DNA from: Gemmatimonadaceae bacterium
GTDB lineage: Bacteria; Gemmatimonadota; Gemmatimonadetes; Gemmatimonadales; Gemmatimonadaceae
Direction: 5' to 3'
NCBI GenBank assembly: GCA_036392315.1
Contig: DASVYG010000443.1
Location: 8,474 to 72,473 of the forward strand
Length of the DNA: 64,000 nt
The position numbers and the translations under genes are program-made. Under the pieces are notes generated by a model. That model was not told where the DNA came from. It saw nothing but the letters and a program-made list of their open reading frames with translations, and did not search any database. Below are positions 1-8,499 of this stretch, in pieces. The stretch's first letter is position 1, and each line of letters opens with the position of its first letter.

Positions 1-1934
1 TCGCCGATGCCATCGACGATGCGCTTCACGCGTTCGGCACGACTCCGCCCAGGCGGCGACGCGCGTTCGAGAAGCTGCCCGGTCATCCGCTCGCATGGGC
101 CGGTTCGGTTGCGATGATGTTGGCCCTCGCGTCGCTTGGCGCGGCGCCGTTGCGGAGCATCCTGCGCGATCGCGCGGGCAACACGCTCGAGGCGGCGACG
201 CGATCGGCGCGCGATTCGTACAGGTTGGGGAAAGCGGCGTTCGACAAATGGGATCTGTCGACGGCGGAGCGCGAGTTGGAACGCGCGGCGAGCGGCGATG
301 CGCGGCTCGTGTCGGCACAGCTGTTGTTGGCACAAACGCTGGAGCTCGAGCGGCGACTCGACAGCGACCAGTTCCGGCTCGCCACGGCGCGCATCGCCGC
401 GTCGCAAGCAGCCTTGCACGGGCGCGACTCGCTGTACGCCAGCGCGCTGATCGCGCTTGGCGAGCGATCGTATCCCCGCGCGTGCGACTCATTCAACCGC
501 TTGCGTTCCGCTGATTCGCTCGACGCATTGGCATGGTATGGGATGGGTGATTGCCTGGCGCTCGACTCCGCGATCGTGCGCGACGCGAACAGTCCGTCGG
601 GCTGGAGTTTCCGCACGAGCTGGTCGGCCGCCGCGCAAGCGTACATGCGTGCCGCGACGGTCGATCCATCGGCGCATCGCGCGCTGTCGTATTCGATGAT
701 CGCGAACCTCGTTCCAACGACGCCGCTGCAGATTCGAACGGGCCGCACGACGGACGCAGCGCCCAGAGCATTCGCCGCCAATCCGTCGCTGATCGGCGAC
801 ACCGTCGCCTACGTCCCGGTGCCGCTCGCCGATTTCACGGCAGCGAAAGCCGGCTCGGTGCCGGCGACCCTCCCCGATGCGCTGCGGCGAAATCGAGACA
901 TCTTGCTCGCCTTCGCCCGCCAGTGGGTCGCGTCGAATCCGCAGAATCCCGACGCCTTCGAAGCGTTGGCCGCAGCGCACGAAGCTCGCGGCGAACTAGC
1001 ATCGGATTCCGATGGAGCCGGTGGTGCGATTCGACGAGCGCGGTCGCTTGCCACAGTGCCGGACCAGCAGCTCAGGCTGGCGGACGTTGAAGTCCGCCTG
1101 CGACTCAAGCGCGGCGAGCTCGAATCGACGCGGGCGTTGGCCGATTCGCTACTCTCGGCGTGGGGGGAGAAGACGCCATCACCGGCGACGGCGGCTCGGC
1201 TGTCGGGAATCGCGGCGCTGACCGGCCGGCTCGATCGGGCCGGCGAGTTGCGGGCGATCGCAACCTCCGAGCACAATGCGGGGCTTGGGATCGCGCCGCC
1301 GCTCACGAGCATCGCGAGTCGATTGTTCATTCGGGCTGCGGCCGGTCTCTGCGACGACTCGCTGCTCGCTATGCGCCGCGAGGTCGATCGGATGATGGAG
1401 AGCTATAGCCAACCGGCGCGCGTCGATGCGGTGCGTCGGGAGCTCCTCGTCCGCCCAATGAGCTTGGCGTTCCCGTGTCTCGGCCCACACGCGCTCGACG
1501 GGTTGCCCGCGATCTCGGCGCTCGATGTCGCTCAACACGCTGCGGCGGCGCAGGACGCCCGCCGCGTTCGCGCCGTGCTGGACTCGCTCGACGCGGTCCG
1601 TAGCGTGCTTCTTCCCGGCGAAGTCGCCTTGGATTTCACCGTGCAGGAGGCGTGGCTGCGCACGTCGATTGGCGACACGGCTGTCGCGATTCGACAGCTC
1701 GACCGGGTGCTCAACGCTCTTCCAACACTCGGACAGTGGGCCACGCGCGAAGACGCACAGGCCGCCGCGGTCGGACGCGCGCTGGTGCTGCGTGCGGAGT
1801 TGGCGGCGAGCATGGGCGAGATCGCCGAGCGGCAGCGACGGGCGCAGGAAGCCTTGGTGTTGTGGCAGCATGCGGATGCGTCGTTCAAGCCGACGTTGGA
1901 TCGGCTGCGAGCGCTTGCGACGCCGACCCGTTAG
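1..1934 (+). CDS. Helical-repeat (TPR-like) protein with one predicted TM segment; 5' end outside window (partial)
   Basis: Frame 3 is open from the window edge (..ADAIDDALHAFGTTPPRRRRAFEKLPGHPLAWAGSVAMMLALASLG..) to TAG 1932-1934. Third-position G/C bias is strong. A hydrophobic stretch is followed by about 580 aa of Ala/Leu/Arg-rich helical repeats. Function cannot be assigned from sequence alone. Confidence 0.6.
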   Translation, partial: ADAIDDALHAFGTTPPRRRRAFEKLPGHPLAWAGSVAMMLALASLGAAPLRSILRDRAGNTLEAATRSARDSYRLGKAAFDKWDLSTAERELERAASGDARLVSAQLLLAQTLELERRLDSDQFRLATARIAASQAALHGRDSLYASALIALGERSYPRACDSFNRLRSADSLDALAWYGMGDCLALDSAIVRDANSPSGWSFRTSWSAAAQAYMRAATVDPSAHRALSYSMIANLVPTTPLQIRTGRTTDAAPRAFAANPSLIGDTVAYVPVPLADFTAAKAGSVPATLPDALRRNRDILLAFARQWVASNPQNPDAFEALAAAHEARGELASDSDGAGGAIRRARSLATVPDQQLRLADVEVRLRLKRGELESTRALADSLLSAWGEKTPSPATAARLSGIAALTGRLDRAGELRAIATSEHNAGLGIAPPLTSIASRLFIRAAAGLCDDSLLAMRREVDRMMESYSQPARVDAVRRELLVRPMSLAFPCLGPHALDGLPAISALDVAQHAAAAQDARRVRAVLDSLDAVRSVLLPGEVALDFTVQEAWLRTSIGDTAVAIRQLDRVLNALPTLGQWATREDAQAAAVGRALVLRAELAASMGEIAERQRRAQEALVLWQHADASFKPTLDRLRALATPTR

Positions 1935-1990
1935 ATAACCCGCATTACCGTTCGCCAACTTCTCTAACCGACAACCATCAGGAGTCCGAG

Positions 1991-2752
1991 GTGACGAAGC
2001 CTTTGGCAGTACGCTCGGCGTGTGCCTTGGTGATCGCGCTCACCGTCATCGCTATCGCCGGATGCGGCGGGTCGAAGCAAGATCGATCCGACACCGGCGC
2101 CGCGGCAGCCCGGAGAGCTACGGCCGCCGCGCCTCTCGCGGCAACCGCGGCGATACCGCAACCCGGTGCGCTTCCCAAGCCCGTCGATCAAATGACGGGT
2201 GATGAGCTGTACAATTTCACGCACGGTCTCACCTTCACCGGTGGACAGGAACGACAACGTCGCTGTCGCGGCGAGGCGGCCTGCGGCGGTCCGAACCCGA
2301 CGCGGTTCACGCGCATTCGCATCGATGCCGTGGGCGGCGAGGATTCGCTCACCACGGGCGCGGGTTTGTCCGCCAACGGCACGGTGGCGGTGCGAGGACT
2401 CAACCGCGGTCAGTTGGCAGACTCGATGTACCACATGCAGCCCGGGCAACGCTATGAGTTTTATCTGATCGTGCTGCCGGGTCCACAGGGAGGCGGTGCG
2501 ACGTGGCGATTGGAGGAGCTCACGACGACGGCCGGCTCGCGCTCGCACCGGTCGATTAGGACGGGCGCATTCAAGGGTTGTAATCACCCATTCGTGCGGG
2601 GTGCGCGAGCCGACTTCAAGACGTGTGCGCAAGCGGCGCCGGTTCGCCAAGCCAGTTTTGGCGGCTTGCTGCAAACCGAAATCGACCCGCCGATTTGGAT
2701 CTCGTGTGCCGCGGGCTGCTGCACGTCCGATCCGCCGGACGGCACGACCTGA
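1991..2752 (+). CDS. Hypothetical lipoprotein
   Basis: GTG 1991 lies 6 nt after GGAG (1981-1984). The N-terminus VTKPLAVRSACALVIALTVIAIAGC is a signal peptide plus lipobox. The ORF-track start at 1652 overlaps the upstream gene and is rejected. Confidence 0.6.
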   Translation: MTKPLAVRSACALVIALTVIAIAGCGGSKQDRSDTGAAAARRATAAAPLAATAAIPQPGALPKPVDQMTGDELYNFTHGLTFTGGQERQRRCRGEAACGGPNPTRFTRIRIDAVGGEDSLTTGAGLSANGTVAVRGLNRGQLADSMYHMQPGQRYEFYLIVLPGPQGGGATWRLEELTTTAGSRSHRSIRTGAFKGCNHPFVRGARADFKTCAQAAPVRQASFGGLLQTEIDPPIWISCAAGCCTSDPPDGTT

Positions 2753-2765
2753 GCTTCGCTCGACG

Positions 2766-3281
2766 ATGGAGCTTCGATCACCATTCTGCGTCGTCCGCAG
2801 CTACCGATTGGACGACGCAGCGAGCCTCGCCAAGCACGGCAATAATCGACGCATCTGGGAGAATCTCCGTGATCGCTTCCCGCATCCGTTCACGGATGCG
2901 CACGCCGTCGACTACATCACGCGCGTCGTGGCCGATCCGGACGCCACCAGCTTCGCCATCGACGTCGGTGGCGAGGCGGTCGGCGGTATCAGCCTGCATG
3001 CCGGCACGGACATCGAGCGCATCGGCGCCGAGATCGGATATTGGCTCGGTGAAGAATTCTGGGGACGTGGCATCATGACCGCCGCGATCGGGCTCGTGAC
3101 CGATTACGCGTTCGCCAAGCGCGGACTCGTGCGCGTGTTCGCGGTGCCGTTCACCACGAACATCGGGTCGATTCGCGCCCTCGAGAAGGTGGGTTACCAG
3201 CGCGAGGCGATCATGCGGCGGAGCGCGATCAAAGACGGAACGGTCCGGGACCAATACCTGTACGCCATCGTTCGCGATTGA
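2766..3281 (+). CDS. GNAT family N-acetyltransferase (RimJ/RimL-like)
   Basis: ATG 2766 is internal to the 2496 ORF. GNAT motif A is present (EEFWGRGIMTAAIGLV), and the tail AVPFTTNIGSIRALEKVGYQREA is typical of RimJ/RimL-type acetyltransferases. Confidence 0.85.
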   Translation: MELRSPFCVVRSYRLDDAASLAKHGNNRRIWENLRDRFPHPFTDAHAVDYITRVVADPDATSFAIDVGGEAVGGISLHAGTDIERIGAEIGYWLGEEFWGRGIMTAAIGLVTDYAFAKRGLVRVFAVPFTTNIGSIRALEKVGYQREAIMRRSAIKDGTVRDQYLYAIVRD

Positions 3282-3348
3282 CGCGCAGCGCACGCGGCAC
3301 CAACCCGATGCGAGGGTGTAAGCATACGCACCTTCCTTTGGAGCCTGT

Positions 3349-3666
3349 ATGCGCTTCCAAGTCAGTGCGCCGTTGATCGTGCTCGCCGCGATGACGTCGC
3401 TCGCCTGCACGACGAGTCGAACCACCCCTCCGGGCAGCGCGCCCGACCCAAGCCGGAATCCGGTCAGCGGGAAAGTGCCGGGCCAACGCACCACCGCGAG
3501 CTCGCAGCCGAATGCGAGCCGCAAGCGAGTCGACGCCAAAGAGGAGCCGGCGACGCTCGTCGCATTCGATCGAACGCGGTGCGTCGTCACGGACCAGCGC
3601 TTTCGCGACACCAAAGTCGGCGATACCGTGACGTGCGACTGGCGCACCGGCGACCGCGCGCCGTAG
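3349..3666 (+). CDS. Small hypothetical lipoprotein
   Basis: GGAG precedes the ATG. MRFQVSAPLIVLAAMTSLAC is a signal peptide plus lipobox. GC3 is high. Confidence 0.55.
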   Translation: MRFQVSAPLIVLAAMTSLACTTSRTTPPGSAPDPSRNPVSGKVPGQRTTASSQPNASRKRVDAKEEPATLVAFDRTRCVVTDQRFRDTKVGDTVTCDWRTGDRAP

Positions 3667-3751
3667 ACACAGACGGCGCCGAGCAATTCGGCAACAGATC
3701 GCGGTCTTGGTCGTCTGATTAGTCCAATCAATATCGAGGACGACCGGGAGC

Positions 3752-4300
3752 ATGATTGCGTTGAGATTTCTGACCGCGACTGTCGTCGCGGCGGCAGTGA
3801 CCGCGATATCCGCGTGCTCGAACGAATCAGCGCGTCGCGAGGGGGCGACCGACACGGCAATCGTCGCGTCGCCGAGTCGTCGAAGCGCGGCGACACCCGG
3901 ACCGACCAGCGGCGCCGGGCGCAGCGAGTCGCTCCCGCCTGGTGTGAAGCTCGAAGGCGGCGCAACGATTCCGAATACGGATTACGTATTTCGCCGTGTT
4001 TCGACACCGCGCGGAGGCGCGATCTGGTTGGACAGCATGACAAAGGATGGCAGCGGAGCTCCCGTTCGAATTCGTCGCGCCGAGCTCGCCGTGCCGCCAC
4101 TCGCCGCAGACGAGCGCATGATGCTCGCATCATGCGACGTGAAAGGTCGGTTGGATCCGTTCGTTGTCGCGATCGTCGTGAGCGAAGCGAACGTTTCGCG
4201 GTTCAGCAAGATTCGTCAGGCGTGGCGGGCGAGTCCGCGAACGGGCACGTTCGATATCATGCCGGTGGCCGGCATCGTCTGCGAGGATCCCGGCTCCTGA
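3752..4300 (+). CDS. Hypothetical lipoprotein
   Basis: GGGAG precedes the ATG. MIALRFLTATVVAAAVTAISAC is a signal peptide plus lipobox. Codon bias looks coding. Confidence 0.6.
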   Translation: MIALRFLTATVVAAAVTAISACSNESARREGATDTAIVASPSRRSAATPGPTSGAGRSESLPPGVKLEGGATIPNTDYVFRRVSTPRGGAIWLDSMTKDGSGAPVRIRRAELAVPPLAADERMMLASCDVKGRLDPFVVAIVVSEANVSRFSKIRQAWRASPRTGTFDIMPVAGIVCEDPGS

Positions 4301-4331
4301 TTGTGATGTCGCGCACGCCACCGCGTCGCCC

Positions 4332-4360
4332 TTGACAACTCTCTCATTTTCGTTTAAACT
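4332..4360 (+). promoter_or_regulatory. Sigma70-type promoter: TTGACA-N17-TAAACT
   Basis: TTGACA is at 4332-4337, followed by a 17-nt AT-rich spacer and TAAACT at 4355-4360. It lies in an AT-rich patch inside a gene-free gap. Confidence 0.6.
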
Positions 4361-4516
4361 CGGCGCCCTGGGAGTCGCGTCCCGATGTGTAGCTGTCGTT
4401 CCTCCGCGCCAACGCGCGGTCGACGACTACCTCGATGGCCACATGCGTCGAGCCCTCCATCGGCGGCGCGATTTGTCGTTTCAGGACACACGTTCACGAG
4501 GATTCACGCGCTGATC

Positions 4517-4729
4517 ATGACCGCCTCCACGCTTCGCCAACTCGACCGCACGCGACAGCCGGGCTTCGCCCGGCGTGGCGCGAGCTGGTACGCGCCCGTC
4601 GAGGGCGCGCAGAGTCAGGCCGGCGTGACGAACGTCAGGCGCAATGAATTCAGTTCGATCGACGGCCGAGACTCGTGGCCGACAAGCATGAGCGGTGCAG
4701 TGACTGTATCGGGAGGTTCGACGTCGTAG
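4517..4729 (+). CDS. Possible 70-aa small protein (speculative)
   Basis: This is an ATG-to-TAG ORF inside the unit above. GC3 is high for about the first 45 codons and then decays. The product MTASTLRQLDRTRQPGFARRGASWYAPVEG.. has no hydrophobic core. The GAGGA (4497-4501) is about 15 nt upstream, which is poor spacing. Confidence 0.25.
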   Translation: MTASTLRQLDRTRQPGFARRGASWYAPVEGAQSQAGVTNVRRNEFSSIDGRDSWPTSMSGAVTVSGGSTS

Positions 4730-4769
4730 CGCGTCCGACAACCCGTTCAGTCAAGGGAGCGTACCAACG

Positions 4770-4810
4770 CCCCACCTGCGCCGAGCGCATGGTGGGGCGT
4801 TTTCCGTTTT
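4770..4810 (+). terminator. Rho-independent terminator
   Basis: The stem is ccccacctgcgc / gcgca(t)ggtgggg (12 bp with one bulge and a 3-nt loop). It is followed by cgttttccgtttt. Confidence 0.7.
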
Positions 4811-5142
4811 GAACAGTTCTTTCACGAGGTGACCATCAGAAAATTCGGCCGGCCAGGCACGACGCTCGAGTAGTTGGAACGCGACTCCCCTACTCGGTAT
4901 TCGCCCTCTGCCTGCGCCGCGCCGTTCAATCGTTTCACCGTAACACCTTTTTTCGGCACGTATGGGCAATGCCGCGTGCCGCCGGGAACCGTAGCTCAAA
5001 GAGGTCAGAGCACGACGTCGCCGCACGATCATCCCATGGGCCGAAAGCCGGGACCGTGAGGACACACGACGTCGCGATGCGGGGAGGACTTTCCGCCGGC
5101 CCGGTCTCGAACACGAACGCCAGAGGTCATGAGGAAATTTCC

Positions 5143-5742
5143 ATGTTCGCGATCAACGCCAGAAACATCCAAGAAGTCCGGCGCCGCACCGGCGCCGGCA
5201 TGCTTCAGTGCAAGACCACGCTCGAACGAACGCAGGGCGACGTCACGAAAGCTGTCGACCAGCTCCGCATGAGCGGCGCAGCCAACGCCGAGACGCGCAC
5301 CAGTCGGCCGACCGGCGAGGGTTTGATCACCAGCTATGCCCACCACAACGGAAAGATCGGCGTGCTGGTCGAGGTCAACTGCGAGACTGATTTCGTCGCT
5401 CGTACGGACGACTTCAGGACGCTCGCGCGGTACTTGGCCGAGCAGATCGCGGCGGCGGCTCCGATCGCGGTGGATCGGGACCAGATGGCGGCGGACGTCG
5501 TCGAGCGGAAGCGAGAGGCGTTCGAGCAACAGGTGCGGTTGCTCGGGAAGCCCGAGCACCTCGCGGAGAAGATCGTCGATGGAAAGATGGAGGCGTATTT
5601 CCGCAGCGTCGTGCTGATGGATCAGGAGTGGGTGCGCGAGCCGAAGCTCACGATCCGCGATCTCGTCCGGGACGTGTCCGCGAGAACCGGCGAGGCCATT
5701 CGCGTTCGCCGGTTTGCCCGGTTCCACATGGGTATTGCGTAG
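5143..5742 (+). CDS. tsf: Translation elongation factor Ts (short, about 199-aa form)
   Basis: GAGGA lies 7 nt upstream of ATG 5143. Motifs VRRRTGAGMLQCKTTL (UBA-like N-domain), VLVEVNCETDFVAR, and GKPEHLAEKIVDGKMEAYF..VLMDQEWV match EF-Ts. Confidence 0.9.
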   Translation: MFAINARNIQEVRRRTGAGMLQCKTTLERTQGDVTKAVDQLRMSGAANAETRTSRPTGEGLITSYAHHNGKIGVLVEVNCETDFVARTDDFRTLARYLAEQIAAAAPIAVDRDQMAADVVERKREAFEQQVRLLGKPEHLAEKIVDGKMEAYFRSVVLMDQEWVREPKLTIRDLVRDVSARTGEAIRVRRFARFHMGIA

Positions 5743-5755
5743 TACGCGTAGTAAT

Positions 5756-5800
5756 GGTTGCAGAGCGAGGCGGTCTCCGCCGTGCACTCGCTCTGCAACC
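5756..5800 (+). terminator. Stem-loop downstream of tsf (13-bp perfect stem, no U-tract)
   Basis: ggttgcagagcga...tcgctctgcaacc are perfect complements around a 19-nt loop that contains ggcgg/ccgcc. The structure lies 14 nt after the tsf stop. Confidence 0.45.
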
Positions 5801-5869
5801 AATGCGCGCCCTGCTCCGTATAGCCTTACGGGCGAGGCGCTGCGTCGATCCTTCACGATCCGAGAGCCT

Positions 5870-6181
5870 ATGATGAACGACCACGATCTGGCGATCTTCC
5901 TGCTGACGACGTCAGGGGCGCTGCTCACGACGACGCTCATTTTCTGTACGCTCTGGCTGCGCGCGCGCGAGCGAGGCCTGCGCTCGATGCTCCCCGACAA
6001 GTCTCCGCGGGACGCCGGTGCGGAGATCCAGCACCTTGTGCACGCCGTGGACGCAATCGCGGTCGAGGTCGAGCGTATCTCCGAAGCGCAGCGGTTCACC
6101 GCCCAGGTGCTGGCCGAGAAGATGGACACCGAGCCGACGCTGGTGAAGCGATTTCCGGGGCGGGTCATCACACCGCACTGA
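5870..6181 (+). CDS. Small membrane protein (one TM plus helical tail), hypothetical
   Basis: ATG 5870 is internal to the 5714 ORF. MMNDHDLAIFLLTTSGALLTTTLIFCTLWL is a TM helix, followed by a charged helical region. Codon bias looks coding. Confidence 0.55.
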   Translation: MMNDHDLAIFLLTTSGALLTTTLIFCTLWLRARERGLRSMLPDKSPRDAGAEIQHLVHAVDAIAVEVERISEAQRFTAQVLAEKMDTEPTLVKRFPGRVITPH

Positions 6182-6271
6182 TTCGGCGAGTCAGGATCTG
6201 TCGCTGACGAATCGAGCGTCTCATATTCCGGCGCTCGATTGGCCACTCTGACCTTTTCCGACACATCCTGA

Positions 6272-6730
6272 ATGAGAAGCTCTTTCACTCGCGCTCTTGT
6301 CGTGCTCTCAGCGATGCTCGCGAGCTCCGCATGCCATAAGTCCGGTGGATCTCCTACCGCGGCGTCGCCGTCGGTCTCACCGCAGGGCAGCGCGGCCGCG
6401 CGCTCGATGAGCGGCTTGCCGGCCGGCGTCACTGCAACGACGATCGCGCTCGGTGATTCGCTGTTTCACGCCAGCACGTGCGTTCGCTGTCACGGCGCCG
6501 ACGCGAAAGGCGCCCAGAACGGACCCGATCTCACCACGGCGAAACACACGCACGTCAACGGCACGTACCAGGACTTCGTTCGCCTAATCACGACCGGTGT
6601 GCCGAAGGATTCGGTCCAAGACAAGTCGCACCGTTATGCAATGCAGCCGCGCGGCGGAATACAAAAGCCGCTCAGCGACGAGCAGATCCGCGCGGTGGCG
6701 GCGTTCGTCTACTCTCTCAGCCATAAGTAG
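6272..6730 (+). CDS. Class I c-type cytochrome, lipoprotein
   Basis: Signal peptide plus lipobox (LASSAC), heme-binding CVRCH, and a distal Met region (YAMQPRGG). Confidence 0.85.
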   Translation: MRSSFTRALVVLSAMLASSACHKSGGSPTAASPSVSPQGSAAARSMSGLPAGVTATTIALGDSLFHASTCVRCHGADAKGAQNGPDLTTAKHTHVNGTYQDFVRLITTGVPKDSVQDKSHRYAMQPRGGIQKPLSDEQIRAVAAFVYSLSHK

Positions 6731-6734
6731 CAAT

Positions 6735-7484
6735 ATGGTGGCGGCGCGCGCTGCCGTTCTGTTGACCGCGACGACGATTTCCGTGAGCGGGCAGGTGTCG
6801 ACACAGTGGCCACAGCACTCCATGGATCGACCGCAACCGCGCGTCGTCTCGCCTGGCCCGTTCGTCGCCTCGGCGCCGCCGTCGGACGCGATCGTTCTGT
6901 TCGACGGACGATCGCTCGCCGGCTGGCAATCCGCCGATCACGCAGGGCAGCCGGCGAAATGGAAAGTTGAGAACGGATACGCCGAAGTTGTCGCCGGCGC
7001 TGGAGGCATCGAGAGCAAGGAGGCGTTGGGCGACGTCCAGCTGCATATCGAATGGCGAACGCCCACGCCGCCCAAGGGCGAGAGTCAAGAGCGCGGCAAC
7101 AGCGGCGTGTTTCTCATGGGCCGCTACGAGCTGCAGGTGCTCGACTCGTATCACAGCATCACGTATCCGGATGGCCAGGCGGGCGCGATCTACGGACAGT
7201 TTCCGCCCCTCGTGAACGCGAGCCGACCACCAGGCGAGTGGCAGACGTACGACATCGTCTTTCACCGGCCGCGGTTCGACGCGGCGGGCAAGGTAACGCG
7301 TCCAGCCCGAATGACGGTGCTGCACAACGGTGTGCTCGTGCAAGACAACGTCGAGTTGAGCGGGCCCACGGCTCATCAGTCGCGCCCGCCGTACGCCAAA
7401 CACGCCGACGCGCTGCCGCTCATGCTCCAGGACCACGGCAATCCGGTGCGTTTCCGCAACATCTGGGTGCGAAAGCTCGAATAA
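6735..7484 (+). CDS. DUF1080 (3-keto-disaccharide hydrolase family) domain protein, secreted
   Basis: ATG 6735 lies 5 nt after the cytochrome stop. A signal peptide is present. Motifs FDGRSLAGW, WKVENGY, GNSGVFLMGRYELQVLDS and VRFRNIWVRKL are typical of DUF1080. Confidence 0.85.
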   Translation: MVAARAAVLLTATTISVSGQVSTQWPQHSMDRPQPRVVSPGPFVASAPPSDAIVLFDGRSLAGWQSADHAGQPAKWKVENGYAEVVAGAGGIESKEALGDVQLHIEWRTPTPPKGESQERGNSGVFLMGRYELQVLDSYHSITYPDGQAGAIYGQFPPLVNASRPPGEWQTYDIVFHRPRFDAAGKVTRPARMTVLHNGVLVQDNVELSGPTAHQSRPPYAKHADALPLMLQDHGNPVRFRNIWVRKLE

Positions 7485-7551
7485 ACTCGGCGCGCCCTGT
7501 GCAAGTCTCCCGCGCCAAGACGTCTCCTATGGAAGACCCGCGGAGGCGACG

Positions 7552-7956
7552 ATGTACAAATTCATCGGTGTAGCAGTCGGACTGGTCGGTCTGGCGGCAG
7601 CGCCCGCATCTCGGCCACACGCGAGCGAGCTGACGCTTCGCGTCGAATCAATGTCATCGCGGCCCGTCACGTTCACGGTTTGGATGCGCACCGGCGCTCG
7701 TACCGGCGCCGGCGCCGACAGCGCTCGTACCACGGATTCGCTCACGAAAACGACGCCGGCCTCGATCCCGCTCGACTCGGCGACTCGTGAGATTCGCGTT
7801 TTGACCCAAGCAAACGCCGCGGTGCGCGTGCGAGTGCTCGGCGATTCGCGAGAGCTGCAGCGGCCGGCGAATGCGTGGGGCCGAGACCTTCGGCTTACGC
7901 GCGTCGACGACCGCTATCACGTGGTGTTCGACGTCAGGCTGATCCAGCCGCGCTGA
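7552..7956 (+). CDS. Hypothetical secreted protein
   Basis: GGAGG precedes the ATG. The N-terminal signal peptide is MYKFIGVAVGLVGLAAAPA. Codon bias looks coding. Confidence 0.55.
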   Translation: MYKFIGVAVGLVGLAAAPASRPHASELTLRVESMSSRPVTFTVWMRTGARTGAGADSARTTDSLTKTTPASIPLDSATREIRVLTQANAAVRVRVLGDSRELQRPANAWGRDLRLTRVDDRYHVVFDVRLIQPR

Positions 7957-7985
7957 ACGGACGCGCGGCGTTCAGCTCCGAGCGC

Positions 7986-8438
7986 TCAGGCCGCGCTGGC
8001 TGCGGGTCCGCAGTAACGATTGAACGCGTTCACCAAATCGTGCGCGATCTCGTCCGCCGGTCGTCCCTCGATCTGCCAGCGCTCGAGCATGAACACGAGT
8101 TGGCCATCTTTGAACAGCGCGATCTGCGGAGAGGAGGGCGCGTAGCCGGTGAAATAGCTGCGGGCTCGCTCCGTCGCCTCGGCGTCCTGGCCGGCGAACA
8201 CGGTCGTGAGATGCTGGGGCTTGATCGGATTCTCGAGCGCGATCGCGACCGCGGGTCGAGCCATTCGCGCCGAACATCCGCACACCGAGTTCACGACGAC
8301 GAGTGTCGTGCCCTTCGTGTCCTTCAATTCGGCGTCGACTTCGTCGGCCGTTCGGAGCTCTTTGATTCCTAGGCGCGTGAGATCCTGGCGCATAGGGGTC
8401 ACGAGACGTTCGTCGTACATCTGTTGGGGAAGACGCAT
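7986..8438 (-). CDS. Bacilliredoxin (BrxA/BrxB, YphP/YqiW DUF1094 family)
   Basis: GTTLVVVNSVCGCSARMARPA carries the CGC redox motif. VFAGQD..AT..R.YFTGY.PSSPQIALFKDG and IEGR also match. The true start may be the internal MYDERLV (8420). Confidence 0.85.
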   Translation of the reverse strand: MRLPQQMYDERLVTPMRQDLTRLGIKELRTADEVDAELKDTKGTTLVVVNSVCGCSARMARPAVAIALENPIKPQHLTTVFAGQDAEATERARSYFTGYAPSSPQIALFKDGQLVFMLERWQIEGRPADEIAHDLVNAFNRYCGPAASAA

Positions 8439-8499
8439 ACAAAACCTACAGTCTGGGTTTGCTAGAAGAACGCGCAGCTAGTCGCAAAGGCAACGCCGA

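Larger units (their letters stand above)
4368..4810 (+). other. Unassigned promoter-to-terminator unit of about 440 nt (candidate ncRNA or small-protein mRNA)
   Basis: The unit is bounded by the 4332-4360 promoter and the 4770-4810 terminator. No convincing long ORF is present, and no RNase P, tmRNA or 6S signature was recognised. Confidence 0.4.

Noticed and set aside
2778-4133. Long minus-strand ORF (451 aa) and similar long antisense ORFs. Examples are 5029-6432(-), 23363-24511(-), 33062-34138(+), 40372-41601(+), 46589-48067(+), 49627-50841(+), 53485-54606(+), 57950-59575(-) and 60153-61316(-).
   Set aside because: Each lies opposite a gene with clear family motifs. Their products are Arg/Ala/Gly/Pro-rich with no recognisable domains, which is typical of stop-codon-poor shadow frames in high-GC DNA.
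4368-4810. Possible tmRNA or RNase P RNA, considered because of the size (about 440 nt) and the promoter/terminator bracket
   Set aside because: There is no GAGGAAAGUCCGGGC or ACAGAAxCCGGCUUA (RNase P). There is no GGGG 5' acceptor or T-arm-CCA 3' end, and no Ala-rich tag ORF (tmRNA). The ggttcgacg at 4709-4717 is only a short resemblance.
4991-5013. tRNA-like D-arm sequence gtagctcaaagaggtcagagcac in the tsf leader
   Set aside because: The downstream sequence cannot form an anticodon stem (cgacg/acgat do not pair). There is no GGTTCGA-type T-arm and no acceptor complement (cggttcc). It is not a tRNA gene and is kept only as a leader curiosity.
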